In this document: piece after piece, positions 1 to 11,700 of the stretch
Position numbering within the stretch: position 1 is the first letter of the stretch
Layout: the number at the start of each line of letters is the position of its first letter
Made by a program: the position numbers and the translations under genes
The notes under the pieces: generated by a model
Databases searched by the model: none
The model's input: the letters and a program-made list of their open reading frames with translations, nothing else
What the model was told of the DNA's origin: nothing
IMG/VR virus record: IMGVR_UViG_3300023275_000004
Location: 1-64,000 of that record
Direction: 5' to 3' (one strand)
Length of the DNA: 64,000 bases
Source of the DNA: a virus
Taxonomy: Duplodnaviria > Caudoviricetes

Positions 1-99
1 AGGACCTTCCCGCAAGAAGGTCCTCATCTTAGGTCAGAAGGATCAGCAGTCCTAGTGCTATCAAAAGTGATAGCCAGAGCCAGAAAAACTTCATATCAC

Positions 100-591
100 T
101 CATGCGTCCACCAGAACACAAGTCGCGTCAGAAGAAGTTCCAGTCAGGGAAGCAACCGTCTCGCCCTTTGCCGTGCCATGAGCCGCCACCTCTGTAAAGT
201 CAAAACCATCTCCGACTTTGATTCCAGATGACATGATATCAAAGTCTAAAGCGTACGTCTGCTTGACGTTACTCGAATTAGTGATCGTATAGCCAATCTC
301 AATCATTCCGATTGAATTTTCTCTACACGAAGTAACTTCAACATCGTTCATTCGTGAAGCGCTCTGCTTCTCTACAGTGGCAGCAGTTCCTCCAATAAGA
401 GCAAGTCCACCAACCATACAGAGGACAAGCACTCCAGCAATTACTCCAAGAGTAATCCAGAGAGCCTTGCGGGACTTCTTGGGCGGCTGGGGCGGATAGT
501 ACATCGGAGCAGGAGGAATCTCAACACCAGGAGTTATGGTGTAAGACTGCTGCTCAGCGTTGTAATCCGAACGGTACGTAGGATCAGACAT
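100..591 (-). CDS. Membrane-anchored protein (Pro-rich N-terminus, one TM helix, small beta-rich extracytoplasmic domain)
   Basis: PPQPPKKSRK followed by hydrophobic LWITLGVIAGVLVLCMVGGLALIG; GGAG RBS upstream. Confidence 0.65.
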   Translation of the reverse strand: MSDPTYRSDYNAEQQSYTITPGVEIPPAPMYYPPQPPKKSRKALWITLGVIAGVLVLCMVGGLALIGGTAATVEKQSASRMNDVEVTSCRENSIGMIEIGYTITNSSNVKQTYALDFDIMSSGIKVGDGFDFTEVAAHGTAKGETVASLTGTSSDATCVLVDA

Positions 592-616
592 TTATTTCTC
601 CAAAGTTAGTGTTCTT

Positions 617-1202
617 ACTGATGGAAAGATCATAGCCTATGTCAGGATCTTTCGCAAGCTCTTCCATCGTTATCCCTATCCATCTTATCTGTATAGGCCC
701 AGTGACCTTCAGGAACTCCGTTAGGAAAATCCTTGCGGAGAGCTGTGCAGTTAGCATAATTCTTATGTGATGGAGTTGTCGGCTTCGGCTTAGGCTTCAC
801 TGTAGGCTTTGGAGTAACCCTATGGGTCGGAGTCGGCTTGCGTGTTGGTTTTGGTGTCACCTTATGAATAGGAGAAGGCTTAGCCTTTGGTGCTTTAGAA
901 GTTTTTGAAGGTACTGGATCAGGAGAATCATAAATTCCCGCTGCCTGAGGCACCTCTGTTGTAGCAGAAGCATCTACTGCCATAGCTGTACGAGGCGTAA
1001 AAGACGTTTCTGAAGAAGCTGAACAGCTTGCCACAAGAATAAGAATTAAAAGTACCGAACCCACTACTATGCCAACAACCTTCTGTTTATCTTTAGGCGT
1101 TAGACTGCTAGGCTTACTTCCATATACTGTCATACTTAATCTCCAAGTTGAGGTTTTTCTTTCTGATGAAAAGATCATAGCCTATGTCCGACTTACTGTC
1201 AA
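617..1202 (-). promoter_or_regulatory. Two near-identical sigma70-type promoters (about 617-657 and 1163-1202)
   Basis: Minus strand TTGCGA-17-TATGAT and TTGACA-17-TATGAT sharing GACATAGGCTATGATCTTT(C/T)CATCAG. Confidence 0.7.
642..1133 (-). CDS. Membrane/secreted protein with Pro/Lys/Thr linker and C-terminal Excalibur Ca-binding domain
   Basis: C-terminal YANCTALR...Y...DRDNDGRACE matches the Excalibur pattern; TM helix near N-terminus; start moved to ATG 1133 because a promoter lies at 1163-1202. Confidence 0.8.
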   Translation of the reverse strand: MTVYGSKPSSLTPKDKQKVVGIVVGSVLLILILVASCSASSETSFTPRTAMAVDASATTEVPQAAGIYDSPDPVPSKTSKAPKAKPSPIHKVTPKPTRKPTPTHRVTPKPTVKPKPKPTTPSHKNYANCTALRKDFPNGVPEGHWAYTDKMDRDNDGRACERS

Positions 1203-1369
1203 CTGTGAGCTAGAAGCCCTACTACGAGGTAAAGCACGATGATGAGTCCGAAGACAAAATACAACTTAAATTTCCACGGAATGAAAACTTTGGTCTTCGG
1301 TTCTGGCTGGAACTCAGGTAGCGGAGGAGGCTTCTGGCCTGGACCTGGCACCCATGGAGGCTCTGACAT
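1199..1369 (-). CDS. 56-aa Pro-rich membrane peptide (not in ORF track)
   Basis: Hand translation MSEPPWVPGPGQKPPPLPEFQPEPKTKVFIPWKFKLYFVFGLIIVLYLVVGLLAHS; AGGAG RBS. Confidence 0.6.
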   Translation of the reverse strand: MSEPPWVPGPGQKPPPLPEFQPEPKTKVFIPWKFKLYFVFGLIIVLYLVVGLLAHS

Positions 1370-1433
1370 TTGTGACTCCTAAAAGAAAAGGCCCGCACGG
1401 GGCGGGCCTGTCTCTTAGAAATCGTCAGTAAAT

Positions 1434-1820
1434 CTACGGAGTCTCTGGAAGATCTTTTTTAATACTTTTACTACCTTGAGGTAACGACTTTTTCGTTTTG
1501 ACTCGTTCTGCACGCTTTTGATTAGTAAAACTCACAGCAATATCATCAAGCTCTCCACGTAACCTGGCTCGCTGCTTGTATCTACCCACCCAGTAACGAG
1601 TCATAAATTCAACTTCCTTATCCTCATCCCAATCTTCAGAGCATTTAGACTCAGTCATGGCACCTGAGCCGTCAGGGTATTCTTTCCAAGCTACTACTAC
1701 ATAACTTCTATTCCCAACAAACTCTGAAATACTGTCATCAGATCTCCAGACAGTTGTTCTTGGGCCAGAATCGGGCTCTGGTATATCTAAAAACCAATAA
1801 ATAATATCTCTTAAATTCAC
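1434..1820 (-). CDS. Hypothetical protein
   Basis: 128-aa ORF overlapping the stop of the upstream nuclease by 4 nt; terminator-like hairpin at about 1389-1410. Confidence 0.5.
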   Translation of the reverse strand: MNLRDIIYWFLDIPEPDSGPRTTVWRSDDSISEFVGNRSYVVVAWKEYPDGSGAMTESKCSEDWDEDKEVEFMTRYWVGRYKQRARLRGELDDIAVSFTNQKRAERVKTKKSLPQGSKSIKKDLPETP

Positions 1821-2269
1821 ATCTGCTCCAGTGGTCTGCGATGAATATAATCCTGAAATCTTAGCATGAGAGCTGAAGACTTGTCTACTTTAGCCATATA
1901 TAAATTACAGTTGTAGCATAATAAGCCTCTTACACATTTACCACATGCCCTCTTACCGGAGCAACAAGAGTGATCATGATCGATAGCTAGTCTGGCTACC
2001 TCTCCTCCTCTACCAGGTAAAGTTTCTGCCTCTTTACATAAGTAGCATACGCCTTCTTGCTCTTTCAGCAACTTCTCATAAATACCCAAAGAAATTCCAG
2101 AGCGATATTTCATCTTTGCTTTCAATCCAGCTAGCTTACCAGCTTCAGTTTTCTGATAAGCTAGCTGCTTTAAATTCATACATTTTCTACAGGTAGGACG
2201 TACTCTACCTCTATCCTTAGCAAATTCAGACTCATCTTTAGTCTGACCACAGCATGCGCATGTTCTCAT
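1817..2269 (-). CDS. Endonuclease VII-family (HNH-like) nuclease, possibly homing
   Basis: CxxC N-terminus; QEGVCYLC...LAIDHDHSCC...CGKCVRGLLCYNCN motif; leaderless TACAAT -10 just upstream of the ATG. Confidence 0.85.
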   Translation of the reverse strand: MRTCACCGQTKDESEFAKDRGRVRPTCRKCMNLKQLAYQKTEAGKLAGLKAKMKYRSGISLGIYEKLLKEQEGVCYLCKEAETLPGRGGEVARLAIDHDHSCCSGKRACGKCVRGLLCYNCNLYMAKVDKSSALMLRFQDYIHRRPLEQM

Positions 2270-2290
2270 GCAAAGTATTGTAGCACGAAA

Positions 2291-2312
2291 AAGGGAGCCC
2301 GAAGGCTCCCTT
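2291..2312 (-). terminator. Intrinsic terminator after major capsid gene
   Basis: AAGGGAGCC-TTCG-GGCTCCCTT followed by a T run on the minus strand. Confidence 0.8.
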
Positions 2313-2337
2313 AATCTTGATTGCTATGTGTTAGTTA

Positions 2338-3348
2338 TCAGTTACCAGTCGCTACATCGGCAACATACACGAACTGCTCAGGACGGGTGATAACTGGCAA
2401 CATGTGCCATTCGAGCAAATACTGCCTTGCAGAAGGGTCCTTTTCCTTCCATGTCTTGCTGAACTTACCAGTGTAGTTCGATGGAGCCTCGTCGTCGGCT
2501 GTTGGGCCTTCGATAAGCTCAATCGGACGCTGGTCGGTAAGGTTACCGAAGATCAGCGAGTCATCGTTAAGGAAGTTAACCTGGTTACCGTTGTCATCGT
2601 CATAAACGTGCTCAACTAGGTTCCAGTTAACACCCATGAAGCCCTGAAGCATACCAGTACGGTAATACTCGTCCTTCATACGGTCGCTCATAAGAGCGGC
2701 ACCTGGGAAGTTAGTGGCACCAGTTGCAGCGAATGCGTTGAAGATGTAGGCCATAACCTTCTCAGAAGCCCAAGCTTCCTTGGCCTCAACGCGACCGTCA
2801 CGACGTACAAGCTTCTTCATGGCACGGATGTCGTCAACAATGTTGGCAGGAGTATCTGTGTGCCAAGTGAAACCGGTTAGCTTGTGGCTAGCTGGAAGCT
2901 TGTAGTCAACCGACGCCTGAACGTCTGGGTAGTCGAATACTAGCGTACCAGTAAGGGCCTGCCAGATGCAATACTCAGCGAAGTTGTCGAACCTCTGGTT
3001 AAGGTCAGTTACCTCACGAAGAACAGCCTGCTCAGCGTTCCTACCGGCTAGCTCACCTGGAGTACGAAGCCAGTGAAGTGTAGTCGGCTCGAAAACCTTC
3101 TTCTCACGAAGGTAAACGAACGCTGCACTTTCCTGCGAACGGCCTAGACGAGGAACGATGTGTGCCTCAGAGTTTGGAACGTTAGGCTTGGCGATAGCAC
3201 GCGAACCCTTAATAACATCCCAAGTAGCAGATGGGTAAGGCCATGGAGTGCGGTTAATGCGGTTAAGCATAATTAGATTCTCAGGAGCCGTAAGCTTCTC
3301 GACTACGCCGCGAAGTACGACAGGCTCCAAAAGTGGAATATTAGGCAT
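2338..3348 (-). CDS. Major capsid protein (lambda gpE / phage cap E-like, HK97 fold)
   Basis: 336 aa; EYCIWQALTG..VDY and KTWKEKDPSARQYLLEWHMLPV match the cap E family; follows decoration and protease genes. Confidence 0.85.
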   Translation of the reverse strand: MPNIPLLEPVVLRGVVEKLTAPENLIMLNRINRTPWPYPSATWDVIKGSRAIAKPNVPNSEAHIVPRLGRSQESAAFVYLREKKVFEPTTLHWLRTPGELAGRNAEQAVLREVTDLNQRFDNFAEYCIWQALTGTLVFDYPDVQASVDYKLPASHKLTGFTWHTDTPANIVDDIRAMKKLVRRDGRVEAKEAWASEKVMAYIFNAFAATGATNFPGAALMSDRMKDEYYRTGMLQGFMGVNWNLVEHVYDDDNGNQVNFLNDDSLIFGNLTDQRPIELIEGPTADDEAPSNYTGKFSKTWKEKDPSARQYLLEWHMLPVITRPEQFVYVADVATGN

Positions 3349-3557
3349 AGCGCTTTGGCTCCCTTTATAAATGCCTGGATGTTCAGCGACTCTCTTGCGA
3401 GCCCGACCTGCGCCACCATAAAGGTCACTTGGCTGGTCTTAGTCTTAATGGTTCTACATTCCTTATCGGCGCATCTCATCAACAACCTCGTTATTGACTA
3501 AATTCGCCCTGCACTATCTATTACTAGGACTTGATAAGGAAACTTAACCTAAAAAAG

Positions 3558-3580
3558 AAGGGTGCTCCGAAGAGCACCCT
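3558..3580 (-). terminator. Intrinsic terminator after head decoration gene
   Basis: AGGGTGCTC-TTCG-GAGCACCCT followed by TCTTTTTT. Confidence 0.75.
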
Positions 3581-3594
3581 AACTTTATTCACGA

Positions 3595-3981
3595 TCAGAA
3601 TGTGAACGTGTCTAGAACTGTGTCCTGACGTGCGTTCAGGTCTACAAGAGCAGCAGCGTCAGCACCAGATACAAGGCTGTTCTTAAGAATACCCTTGATA
3701 ACGATGTTGGCTAGCTGGTCGCCACCTGTAGTATCTACTGGCCTGCGAAGAACACCACGGGCAACCTCAACGCCGTTTGAAGCGCCATTGTTGTATACGT
3801 AGTACTTCTTGTCCGAAGTCTTACGACCAAGAACAGTTCCGATAGGGAGGATTCCCTGACCGGCCGCAATAGTTACACCCTTCTGAGTATAACCAGCCAT
3901 TGAGTACATAAGCTCCGGGTCAACGAACGTGTCTGTAGGACTCGTAAAACCCGGAACGGGGATCTTTTCATATGCTGCCAT
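3595..3981 (-). CDS. Head decoration protein (lambda gpD/HDPD-like)
   Basis: VTIAAGQGILPIGTVLGR...NGVEVARGVL pattern; position between protease/scaffold and MCP. Confidence 0.8.
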   Translation of the reverse strand: MAAYEKIPVPGFTSPTDTFVDPELMYSMAGYTQKGVTIAAGQGILPIGTVLGRKTSDKKYYVYNNGASNGVEVARGVLRRPVDTTGGDQLANIVIKGILKNSLVSGADAAALVDLNARQDTVLDTFTF

Positions 3982-4037
3982 TTTGATCTACCCTTTCCTA
4001 ACTACCTAATTGATCCGGAGGTTCCGAATTCTAGTGA

Positions 4038-5093
4038 TCACTTAGCCATCTCGGCATAGCGCTTGATGGCCTCGTCAACATTAATCTCGGCACTCTCGGA
4101 CTCACCAGGAGCCTCGCCAGTACCAGACTCGTTACTGAGCTTAACAATTGCCTCGGCTGGTACAAGCTTCTCGAAAAGCTCGGGCTGCTTTGTGCTTAGC
4201 TCGATCATTGCGTCACGCTGTGCTGGAAGTACGCGACCCTCTGCGACTAGGGCGTCAACCTTAGCCTCATTAGCCTGCTTCTCTACTTCCTCAAGTCGGT
4301 TGCTCATAGCTACATAACCTGTAGCCATCTCGGATACGGCAGCAACAATCTTCTCGTCAGCTACCTTAGCGCCCGCTGAAAGCTCGATTAGCCCCGAAGC
4401 CGTAAGGGCCTCTGCCAGGGTATTCGACAGCTTAGCAGCAGATGCATTCTCAGTAACCTTCTTCTGAAGGTCAATAACATCAATGCCGTGCTCATCCTTC
4501 AAAGCATCAAGCATCTCTTCTAGCGTCTGCATATCAGTATTCTCCTTAAGCGTCGGCCCTGTCAGTAGAACCGCTTCACCAGAATTATCGGCTGTAGCTG
4601 CAACAATCTCTTCATATTCGTCCAGACCAGTCACATACGGACGGTTAGTAACGCATACGTGAAGAAGGGTTGGCCCAACCTTCTTACCATTCTTTGTATT
4701 TGTGTAATTCAAATGCATCATTGCTGACGCACCAAGCATGGTCTTACCAAGCTTGTCTGCACTTGCCTTATCCCTAGCATCGATCAGGGCGTAGACTTTG
4801 TTATCCTTCTCTTCAATACCAATTACTTCACCGATATTGCGAGTTGGGTCTTCCGAATGCTCATTCTTATCGTTGGCTACAGGAACCTGCACGATATCGC
4901 AAACGCCATCCTGGAAGTTCTTGGTAAGCTTTGCAACAAAGTCATCATCAACCTTAATTTTCGTTCCTGGGAACGCTGGATGATGTAATTCGCCCTTGTT
5001 TAGAATGTGCTTGCGGAACAGACGACCACTCTTAGTACGAGAAAGTTCAACATAGCCCTCACCATCGGAAGGGACGATTACGAACTCGTTCAC
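4038..5093 (-). CDS. Prohead protease / scaffolding protein (Mu gpI-like)
   Basis: GPTLLHVCVTNRPYV (Mu I-type protease TN-P motif); C-terminal helical scaffold VDALVAEGRVLPAQRD. Confidence 0.8.
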   Translation of the reverse strand: MNEFVIVPSDGEGYVELSRTKSGRLFRKHILNKGELHHPAFPGTKIKVDDDFVAKLTKNFQDGVCDIVQVPVANDKNEHSEDPTRNIGEVIGIEEKDNKVYALIDARDKASADKLGKTMLGASAMMHLNYTNTKNGKKVGPTLLHVCVTNRPYVTGLDEYEEIVAATADNSGEAVLLTGPTLKENTDMQTLEEMLDALKDEHGIDVIDLQKKVTENASAAKLSNTLAEALTASGLIELSAGAKVADEKIVAAVSEMATGYVAMSNRLEEVEKQANEAKVDALVAEGRVLPAQRDAMIELSTKQPELFEKLVPAEAIVKLSNESGTGEAPGESESAEINVDEAIKRYAEMAK

Positions 5094-5135
5094 CGAAACA
5101 TCTCCTTAGAAAGGCTAATCTAATACTTTAATCGG

Positions 5136-5420
5136 TCAGAGCCCGATAGATTCTCTCTGATAGTTAGAAAGAGTGTCAGATAGGGCTTCTGAAGCAGGAG
5201 CGTCTGTCTGCTCAAACTTGATAAAGTACGGTGAACGTTCAGCTAATTTGTCAAACCAAGAATCCCAAGATATGTCATTACTCTTAAGATTCAACATTGA
5301 CTCGGCACCATCACGATCCTCTGCACGAGTATCTGAATCATAATAAGACTCTAGCCCGCCATGAACCACACGCCAGGCACCAACAGGACCAGTTGAAAGT
5401 ACATGAATTAAAACTTTCAT
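5136..5420 (-). CDS. Hypothetical 94-aa protein (candidate immunity/chaperone for the giant protein)
   Basis: ATGA overlap with the upstream ORF; lies inside the head module. Confidence 0.55.
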   Translation of the reverse strand: MKVLIHVLSTGPVGAWRVVHGGLESYYDSDTRAEDRDGAESMLNLKSNDISWDSWFDKLAERSPYFIKFEQTDAPASEALSDTLSNYQRESIGL

Positions 5421-5773
5421 ACTGCATCCGGTCCTGACTTCATAAGTTCCGCCAACTCTGGCGAAATATTGGCACTCCAGATCATAGGCTTATCAAAGCC
5501 TTCCACCTCTACTTCTGCGAGAAGTGGTTTTTCTTGAATATTTCTATAAGAAGTAATCTGACCAACAAATGTCTTTGGTACATCAAAAACTCGTAGCTCT
5601 ACTACAGGATCTAAACCCTTCATGTCTACGACAGAAATTTTCCATATCCTATAGTGAGGAGCGGACTCCGAATTCTCGGAGCCCTTCCACGCCATGAGAA
5701 GCCCATTAGGAAAATTTTTATCAATGCGCTTCTGCCACTTGTCGGCCGTTACGTTAGGCTGAGGATTAGTCAC
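5417..5773 (-). CDS. Hypothetical 118-aa protein (candidate immunity/chaperone for the giant protein)
   Basis: GTGA overlap with the stop of the 2348-aa gene. Confidence 0.55.
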   Translation of the reverse strand: MTNPQPNVTADKWQKRIDKNFPNGLLMAWKGSENSESAPHYRIWKISVVDMKGLDPVVELRVFDVPKTFVGQITSYRNIQEKPLLAEVEVEGFDKPMIWSANISPELAELMKSGPDAV

Positions 5774-8700
5774 TTACTCCACGCCTCCTTTGCGGCCTTC
5801 TGTGCTGCCATAATGTCATTCTTATTACGCATTACAAAGCGTTGTTCTACAGGCACTCCACGAATCTCATCAACGCCCATATCCTTCAACATCTTAATAA
5901 CCTTATTGCGAAGGACTTCATCAGTGAAGGTAACAATCTCAATATCATCAAGAGTTGAAACTGCATGCTTAATCATAATTTCGTTACCACTGCCACTATG
6001 CTTTGACAGAGCATCGAAATCAAAATACGCTTCTTCTGGCTTACTCTTAATGTTTCCATAATTATCGCCAGCATATGAATAGTTATGAGTACGCTTCAGA
6101 ATCTTAGGATTGTAGTAAACACCCATAAGTCCATAGGAATTAGTACTGGCACTTACTTCCTGGTTCTGACGAATAAACACAAAGCCTGATGATCCATGGC
6201 TCTGGTCAGCAGAAGACGACATTCCATCTTTCCACATTCCAAGCGTACGAAGTCGAGCTTCTGTAGAAAGCATTCCACCAGTGGTAACTGTGTACTGAGC
6301 AGCTTCATCTTGATAGAAACTTCCAGCAAGAAGCTGCTTACTCTGAGCCTCCTCATCAGTTACATCAAAACGCTCCCAATAAGGCTGGCCAGAATACTTA
6401 TTCTGATCTGCCATATGGAAGTGTCCAAACTTAGGAAGATGCCCGCCACTTCCCACAAACTCGTCAATTTGCTCACGAGAAGTGATATTAGCAAAAGCAT
6501 TTCTCCAAGCTTCAATTTCTTCCGCAGGAGTCATATTTGCAGTTTCTACTGGCTTAGCTGCCTTAAACTTATTGTACTTACTAGTAGATTTAGTTTGAGC
6601 TGGGTAGTTATCCTTAGAATCCGCACGGGCTGCCATGATTCCAGCCAAGTGACGCCAATAATAAAGCTCCAGATCATCCTCGTTAGCTTCATTCATAGAA
6701 AGACCCATCTCTGCCATTTGAGCGCGAATACGCTCAAGAGATGCTGCCTCTTCTGCGCCCGCAGGCATAGTGAATCGCGTCAGCCCCTTTGAAGCGGCTG
6801 GCGTACCTGTAGTATTGCCACGGAATTCGATTGTTTCACCAGTTGGAAGCGTAACAAGATACATGCTTCCAGGGTTTCCGTTCTCGTCATATCCAAACTT
6901 GTGGTGAAGCTGACCATCCTCGTCAAACTGAGGAACACCATTCTTAACAGCCTTAGGACTGCTAGCCTGACGAAGCTCTACCTTAACTCCAACACCATCA
7001 GTTGATTCAGGCTTATCTTCCTTAGGAGGAGTGTAAACAAATCTTTCAAACTCGCCAGGAGAGCTCTTAGTTCCGTTCTTCTTGTGCTCCTCAGCCTTCT
7101 TGATGTAGCCCAAATAAGTCTGTGCCATCTCCAAGAATGCTTTAGGGTCCTTATACTGCTTGGCAAGAGCAGCATTTTGAGTAGGATCTGCCATTTTGGC
7201 ATCATAGTCATTAATGTAATTCTGAAGTGTATTCTTAACAAAACTCATTCCATTAAGTTTTCCTTCATTGTACTGACCATCAAGTGCATGATGAGAAATT
7301 GTCTTCACACCAGCAATAATCTGCTGGTAGTAGTCGCCCTCATTTGGAAGCTCAACCTTCATGCTACTAGGTGTAAACCCATAGGCATTGCCCACCTGAA
7401 CAGCATTATCTTTAAGCCACTTCTCCACATCCTTGAATGCCTTAGTCTCTTCACGAATCTTCATTTCTCCGTGAAGAGTGTCCTGGCCTGTCTTACTCTT
7501 AGCATGATAAAGAAGAACATGAGCATCTTCAATTTCTGGCCCACCGAAGAATACAGAAGCTCCATAGGAACCGTTAGCCTTAGCCTGCTCAAGAGCAGCA
7601 GGAGTAATGCCAAGATGAATTTCCTGGTCATCATCATTGACAACAATATTTTCTGGAGGCTGAGGCTTTGTATATCCAGCCCTCTTAAAGACATTACCCC
7701 AAAGCTTTTCCATATCATCCACAAGAGAATTCTTGCGATCAAGAGCACGCTGGATGGCGTCTTCTTTATTAGAAGGGCCTCCAAACCCCCAAACCTTTCG
7801 GTTGGCAAATCCTCTCTCAAGAATTTCTGTCATCTTTGAGTCAGAAATTTTAGACATCTTACGAGCTTGCTTAAGTACAGAGAAGTAAGCTGCATTTGCG
7901 TCTTCTTGAGAAATGCTCTTGTTAGCGATAGCGTCATAAAGCTTAGTGTAAACCAAATTTGCACGAGAATCGGCCTTGGAATCTCCAGTAAGGCCATCCC
8001 AGTGACCAATTCCTACAAAGGCACGCCCTTTATCGATACCAACGACGCTTCCATTCTTAAGGATTAGAAGATTCGCGGCATGACCGTCATCGTTATCCAA
8101 CGCCCAGTCAAGCAAATGCTCTTTGGCAAGATCCTGGATCTGAGCAGTATTTAGATCTGTCACTGACGCCTTGGTAAAATCTTTCTCAGCATCGAGCATC
8201 TGCTGAACATGACCCTTACGGTTATCAAATTCAGTGATATGCGACTTTGCTGTCTTGAATCCCCAAGCACTAGACAACTCATGGGCAGCCTGCTCTACGT
8301 CAGCCAAGAAAATATCCTTGTCCTGACGTGGCTTATAAATCCACTTCTTACCAAACTGATCCGACAGAACCATAGCCTCGTGGGTGCTGGTTACTGTCTT
8401 TCCAGACTCCAAGGTGAACTTAGGCTTCATAGCCTCAGCTAGTTCTGCGGCAGCCTTTGCTGCTTCTTCAGCCTTCCTGTTCTCCATGTGCGAGTTAATA
8501 GGCGTGGCCCAGTCATAGACATAGCCGTTCTTCATACTTTCTGGCACAGAATCAGGGAATTCAGCTGCATAAGACTTCAACGCTTCTTGAGGCCAGGAAT
8601 GAGCTGAGCCTCCAGCCTTGTAATACTCATCGTGTGGCTGATAAGGCTTAACATTAGGAGTGAACTTAGGCTTACTTGAATAAAGAGCCGAAGGATCTTT

Positions 8701-11700
8701 ATCATGACGCTTCTTAGCCTTAAGCGAAAGAACATCCGCTTGAAGCTTAGAACCATTCATGTGGTAGTGAACCCAGTACTTCTTATCAGACGAATCCAAA
8801 TACTCTGGATAAGCCATGTTGGCAGCCAGGATGTAATTATCGATCTCGGCATCTGACATCTTGTATCCATCAGGAGACCATTTTCCTTCTGGAATCTTTC
8901 CAGCAGGAAGTTCACCAGGAACCGCAGCGGCCCAGATAATTTGATGAGTATCCTTATTAAGTGGCGAACCAGGATGTGTCTTATCATCAACTGGCATACC
9001 AGCATAGGTCTCAATTTGGTAGAGCTGTTTCATGTTTCCAGCCTGGAAAGCAGACATCCAGTCAGTCTTCTTATAAGAATTCAACTTGCTTGGAGACTGA
9101 CCAATAACCTTTCCATTACCTACCTGACTAGCAACTTTCTTGATCATGGCATTTTGCTCTGAAGAGCTTCCCCAGTGAAAATTCTGTGATTCTTCCTGGG
9201 ATAGTTCAGGCATGATGTAATAGCCCTGAGAGTCCTTCCCAAAGGCTGCTTTAGCTGCGTTAGGTACAGCCTCTACTGAAGGCTTGTCAGCCTGCTTTGT
9301 TGTAACTCCATGAAGAAGATCATCAATTGCCTTGATCATAGACTTACGAGCTGATCCTGAAGTGTTAGGAAAATACTTTTCAGCGTAGTCTACAAGGAAA
9401 TCAACGTTAATCTGACCGGTAAGCTTCTTAAGCTTAGTCAGAGACCCGTATTCCTCAGAAGTTAGATCGTTACGAAGCTCCTGAAGCTGCTCAGCACTAA
9501 CTTTGTTAGGACCAGCAAACAAGTGATAACCCGAAGGCTTCCCCCCTCCAGGAATTACGACAGTATTTCCAAACTCATCTGTTACCCAGCCTGTACTAAA
9601 GGTACTAAGAACTGCCTCAGCATCGACTGGAATTGCATCCTTACCCGTAGTCTTAAGCAGACCACTACCATCTGGAAGAACTTCAACTGTATGAGCACTA
9701 TCAAATGGCGCATCAAACGAATGGAAATAGTAAGATCCTGTGGCAGGACCGCCTACCTTAGTCTTTTCGGCAGACTGAGCTGGCCCAGCGGCACTTTCAA
9801 CTGGACCTGAATAAACCTTCATACCAGCGTCCCAATTCTTCTTAAACGCGGCAGCGGTTAGCTTCTTCTTGTCGCCCTTCTTATTCACATAGTAAACAGA
9901 GCCGTCGCCATGAACCTCAAGGAAGGCTTTGGCAAACTCCTTACCAATAGAATACTTTCCTGGCTTTACATCCATACCAGAAATTTTAACAGACTTTGGT
10001 GACTCTGTCGACTTTGGAGCATTAATTACTTCCTGAGCAGCCTTCTCAGCATCGGTCTCATTAGGTCCAACTGATGCTTCATTAGGAACATGAACAAGTT
10101 TAGTATCAGACTTATCCTCTACTAGACCTCCGTTACCTATAGCTGACTCAATTTCGGAAGTCATATAATTACTGGCCTTCTTGCTCCCTAACTTAGAAAC
10201 AACAGTCCACTCTTTGGTGTCAGGATCTTGAAGGTACTTCACACCTGAATTTTCAGGTGCAGTAACTGCGGAGTAAAATACCTTAGTTCCATCAGGGAAT
10301 GGTCCAAACTTGCTGTCACTACCAATCTTTACATAAAGACTCTTGTCACTCTTCTGCTCAGCTACTGAGTGATACTTTACCCACTTCGTTAGCGTCCCTG
10401 CGCCAATTTGTTCAAGCCTAGCGTCTTTTTCGTTGCCAGTAACTTCCTTAATTCCTGTTGCCGCTCCTAGTCGCCACATAGTTCCATCAGGAGTTACAAC
10501 ATAAGCAGTAGACGCCAAGTCAGGACTTGCATTCTTGGCGACATAAACAGAAGAGCCTTCTGGAAAGTCTTTATTAGTTCCGCCATTAGCCGAATTCAAA
10601 GAAACATTGAATGTCTTAACTGAGTCATCTACCGGCGTAACATCCTTAGGTTCCCACTCGGCATAAGTTCCTGTACCAATATAGTGCTCAAGAAGCTCCG
10701 CAGTTTGCTGCTTAAGAGGCTTTTCTCCAGAAGAGCTAAGGGTATGCCATGACTTATCTGGATACTGAACATACAAGACTGCAATATCCTGCTTGTTCTT
10801 ATTATTACCTGTTACATAAAACTTAGACCCCTTGGGAACAGTGTGTTCAACATCTGAATCAGCAAAACTTGAAGTAAAGACCTTGATAGTCTTATCTTCA
10901 GACTTATTGGATGGAGCATCGCCTTCCGGCAAAATGTCTCCATTAGCTTTCTTCTTATCCAATTCAGACTTGGCCCAGTCTGAATTTAGAAGGGTATTGG
11001 AACCCTTATCAACATAGAACCACTGACCGTCCTTCTCCTGCACATACTTATACATCGCTGTTTCAGGAGTAGCATTCTTACCGTAGTAAACTACTGCGTC
11101 TTCTGAAAAGGTACCTTTTTCTTTTCCTTCAATGCTTACAGTCTTAGTATTTTTTGACTTATCCTCTTCAGCCTTCTTAGCATCCTGCTTGGCCTTAAGT
11201 TCTATGGCTGCTTTCTTGGCAGCATCAATAGCCGGAGACGCCTTAGGCGATTCCGGTGCCTTTGGTGCTTCAGGAGCATTCTTACTCTCTACAAGCTTTC
11301 CATTCTCATAACTGTCACCTTTTTTAATAGCTCCAGTATCAGAGGTAAGAAACTTGTTCATGCCAAGCTTCCAATGACCCTCAAACGACTTAGGGCCAAT
11401 TTTCTTACGATCGCCGTTCTTGTTCTCGTACTCCGCTGTTCCGTCAGGATGTACGATCAAGAAAGCCTTAGCGAAGCCCTTAGGGCGAGAGTAACGACCA
11501 ACCTTTACTGTCAAATTACCAATCTTGACAGTATCCGGCTGACCCTCTTCTGGCTTACTGACAGGAGCAACCTTAGGCTGCTCCTTCTTAGCCTCAGCGG
11601 ACTTACTGCTGTCAATGAGATCCTTCTCCCATGCAGGGATGTCTGCCTGCTTCTGAGCAGGCTTAGCAGCCTCCTGAGGCTTAACCTCGGAAGCTGGCTT

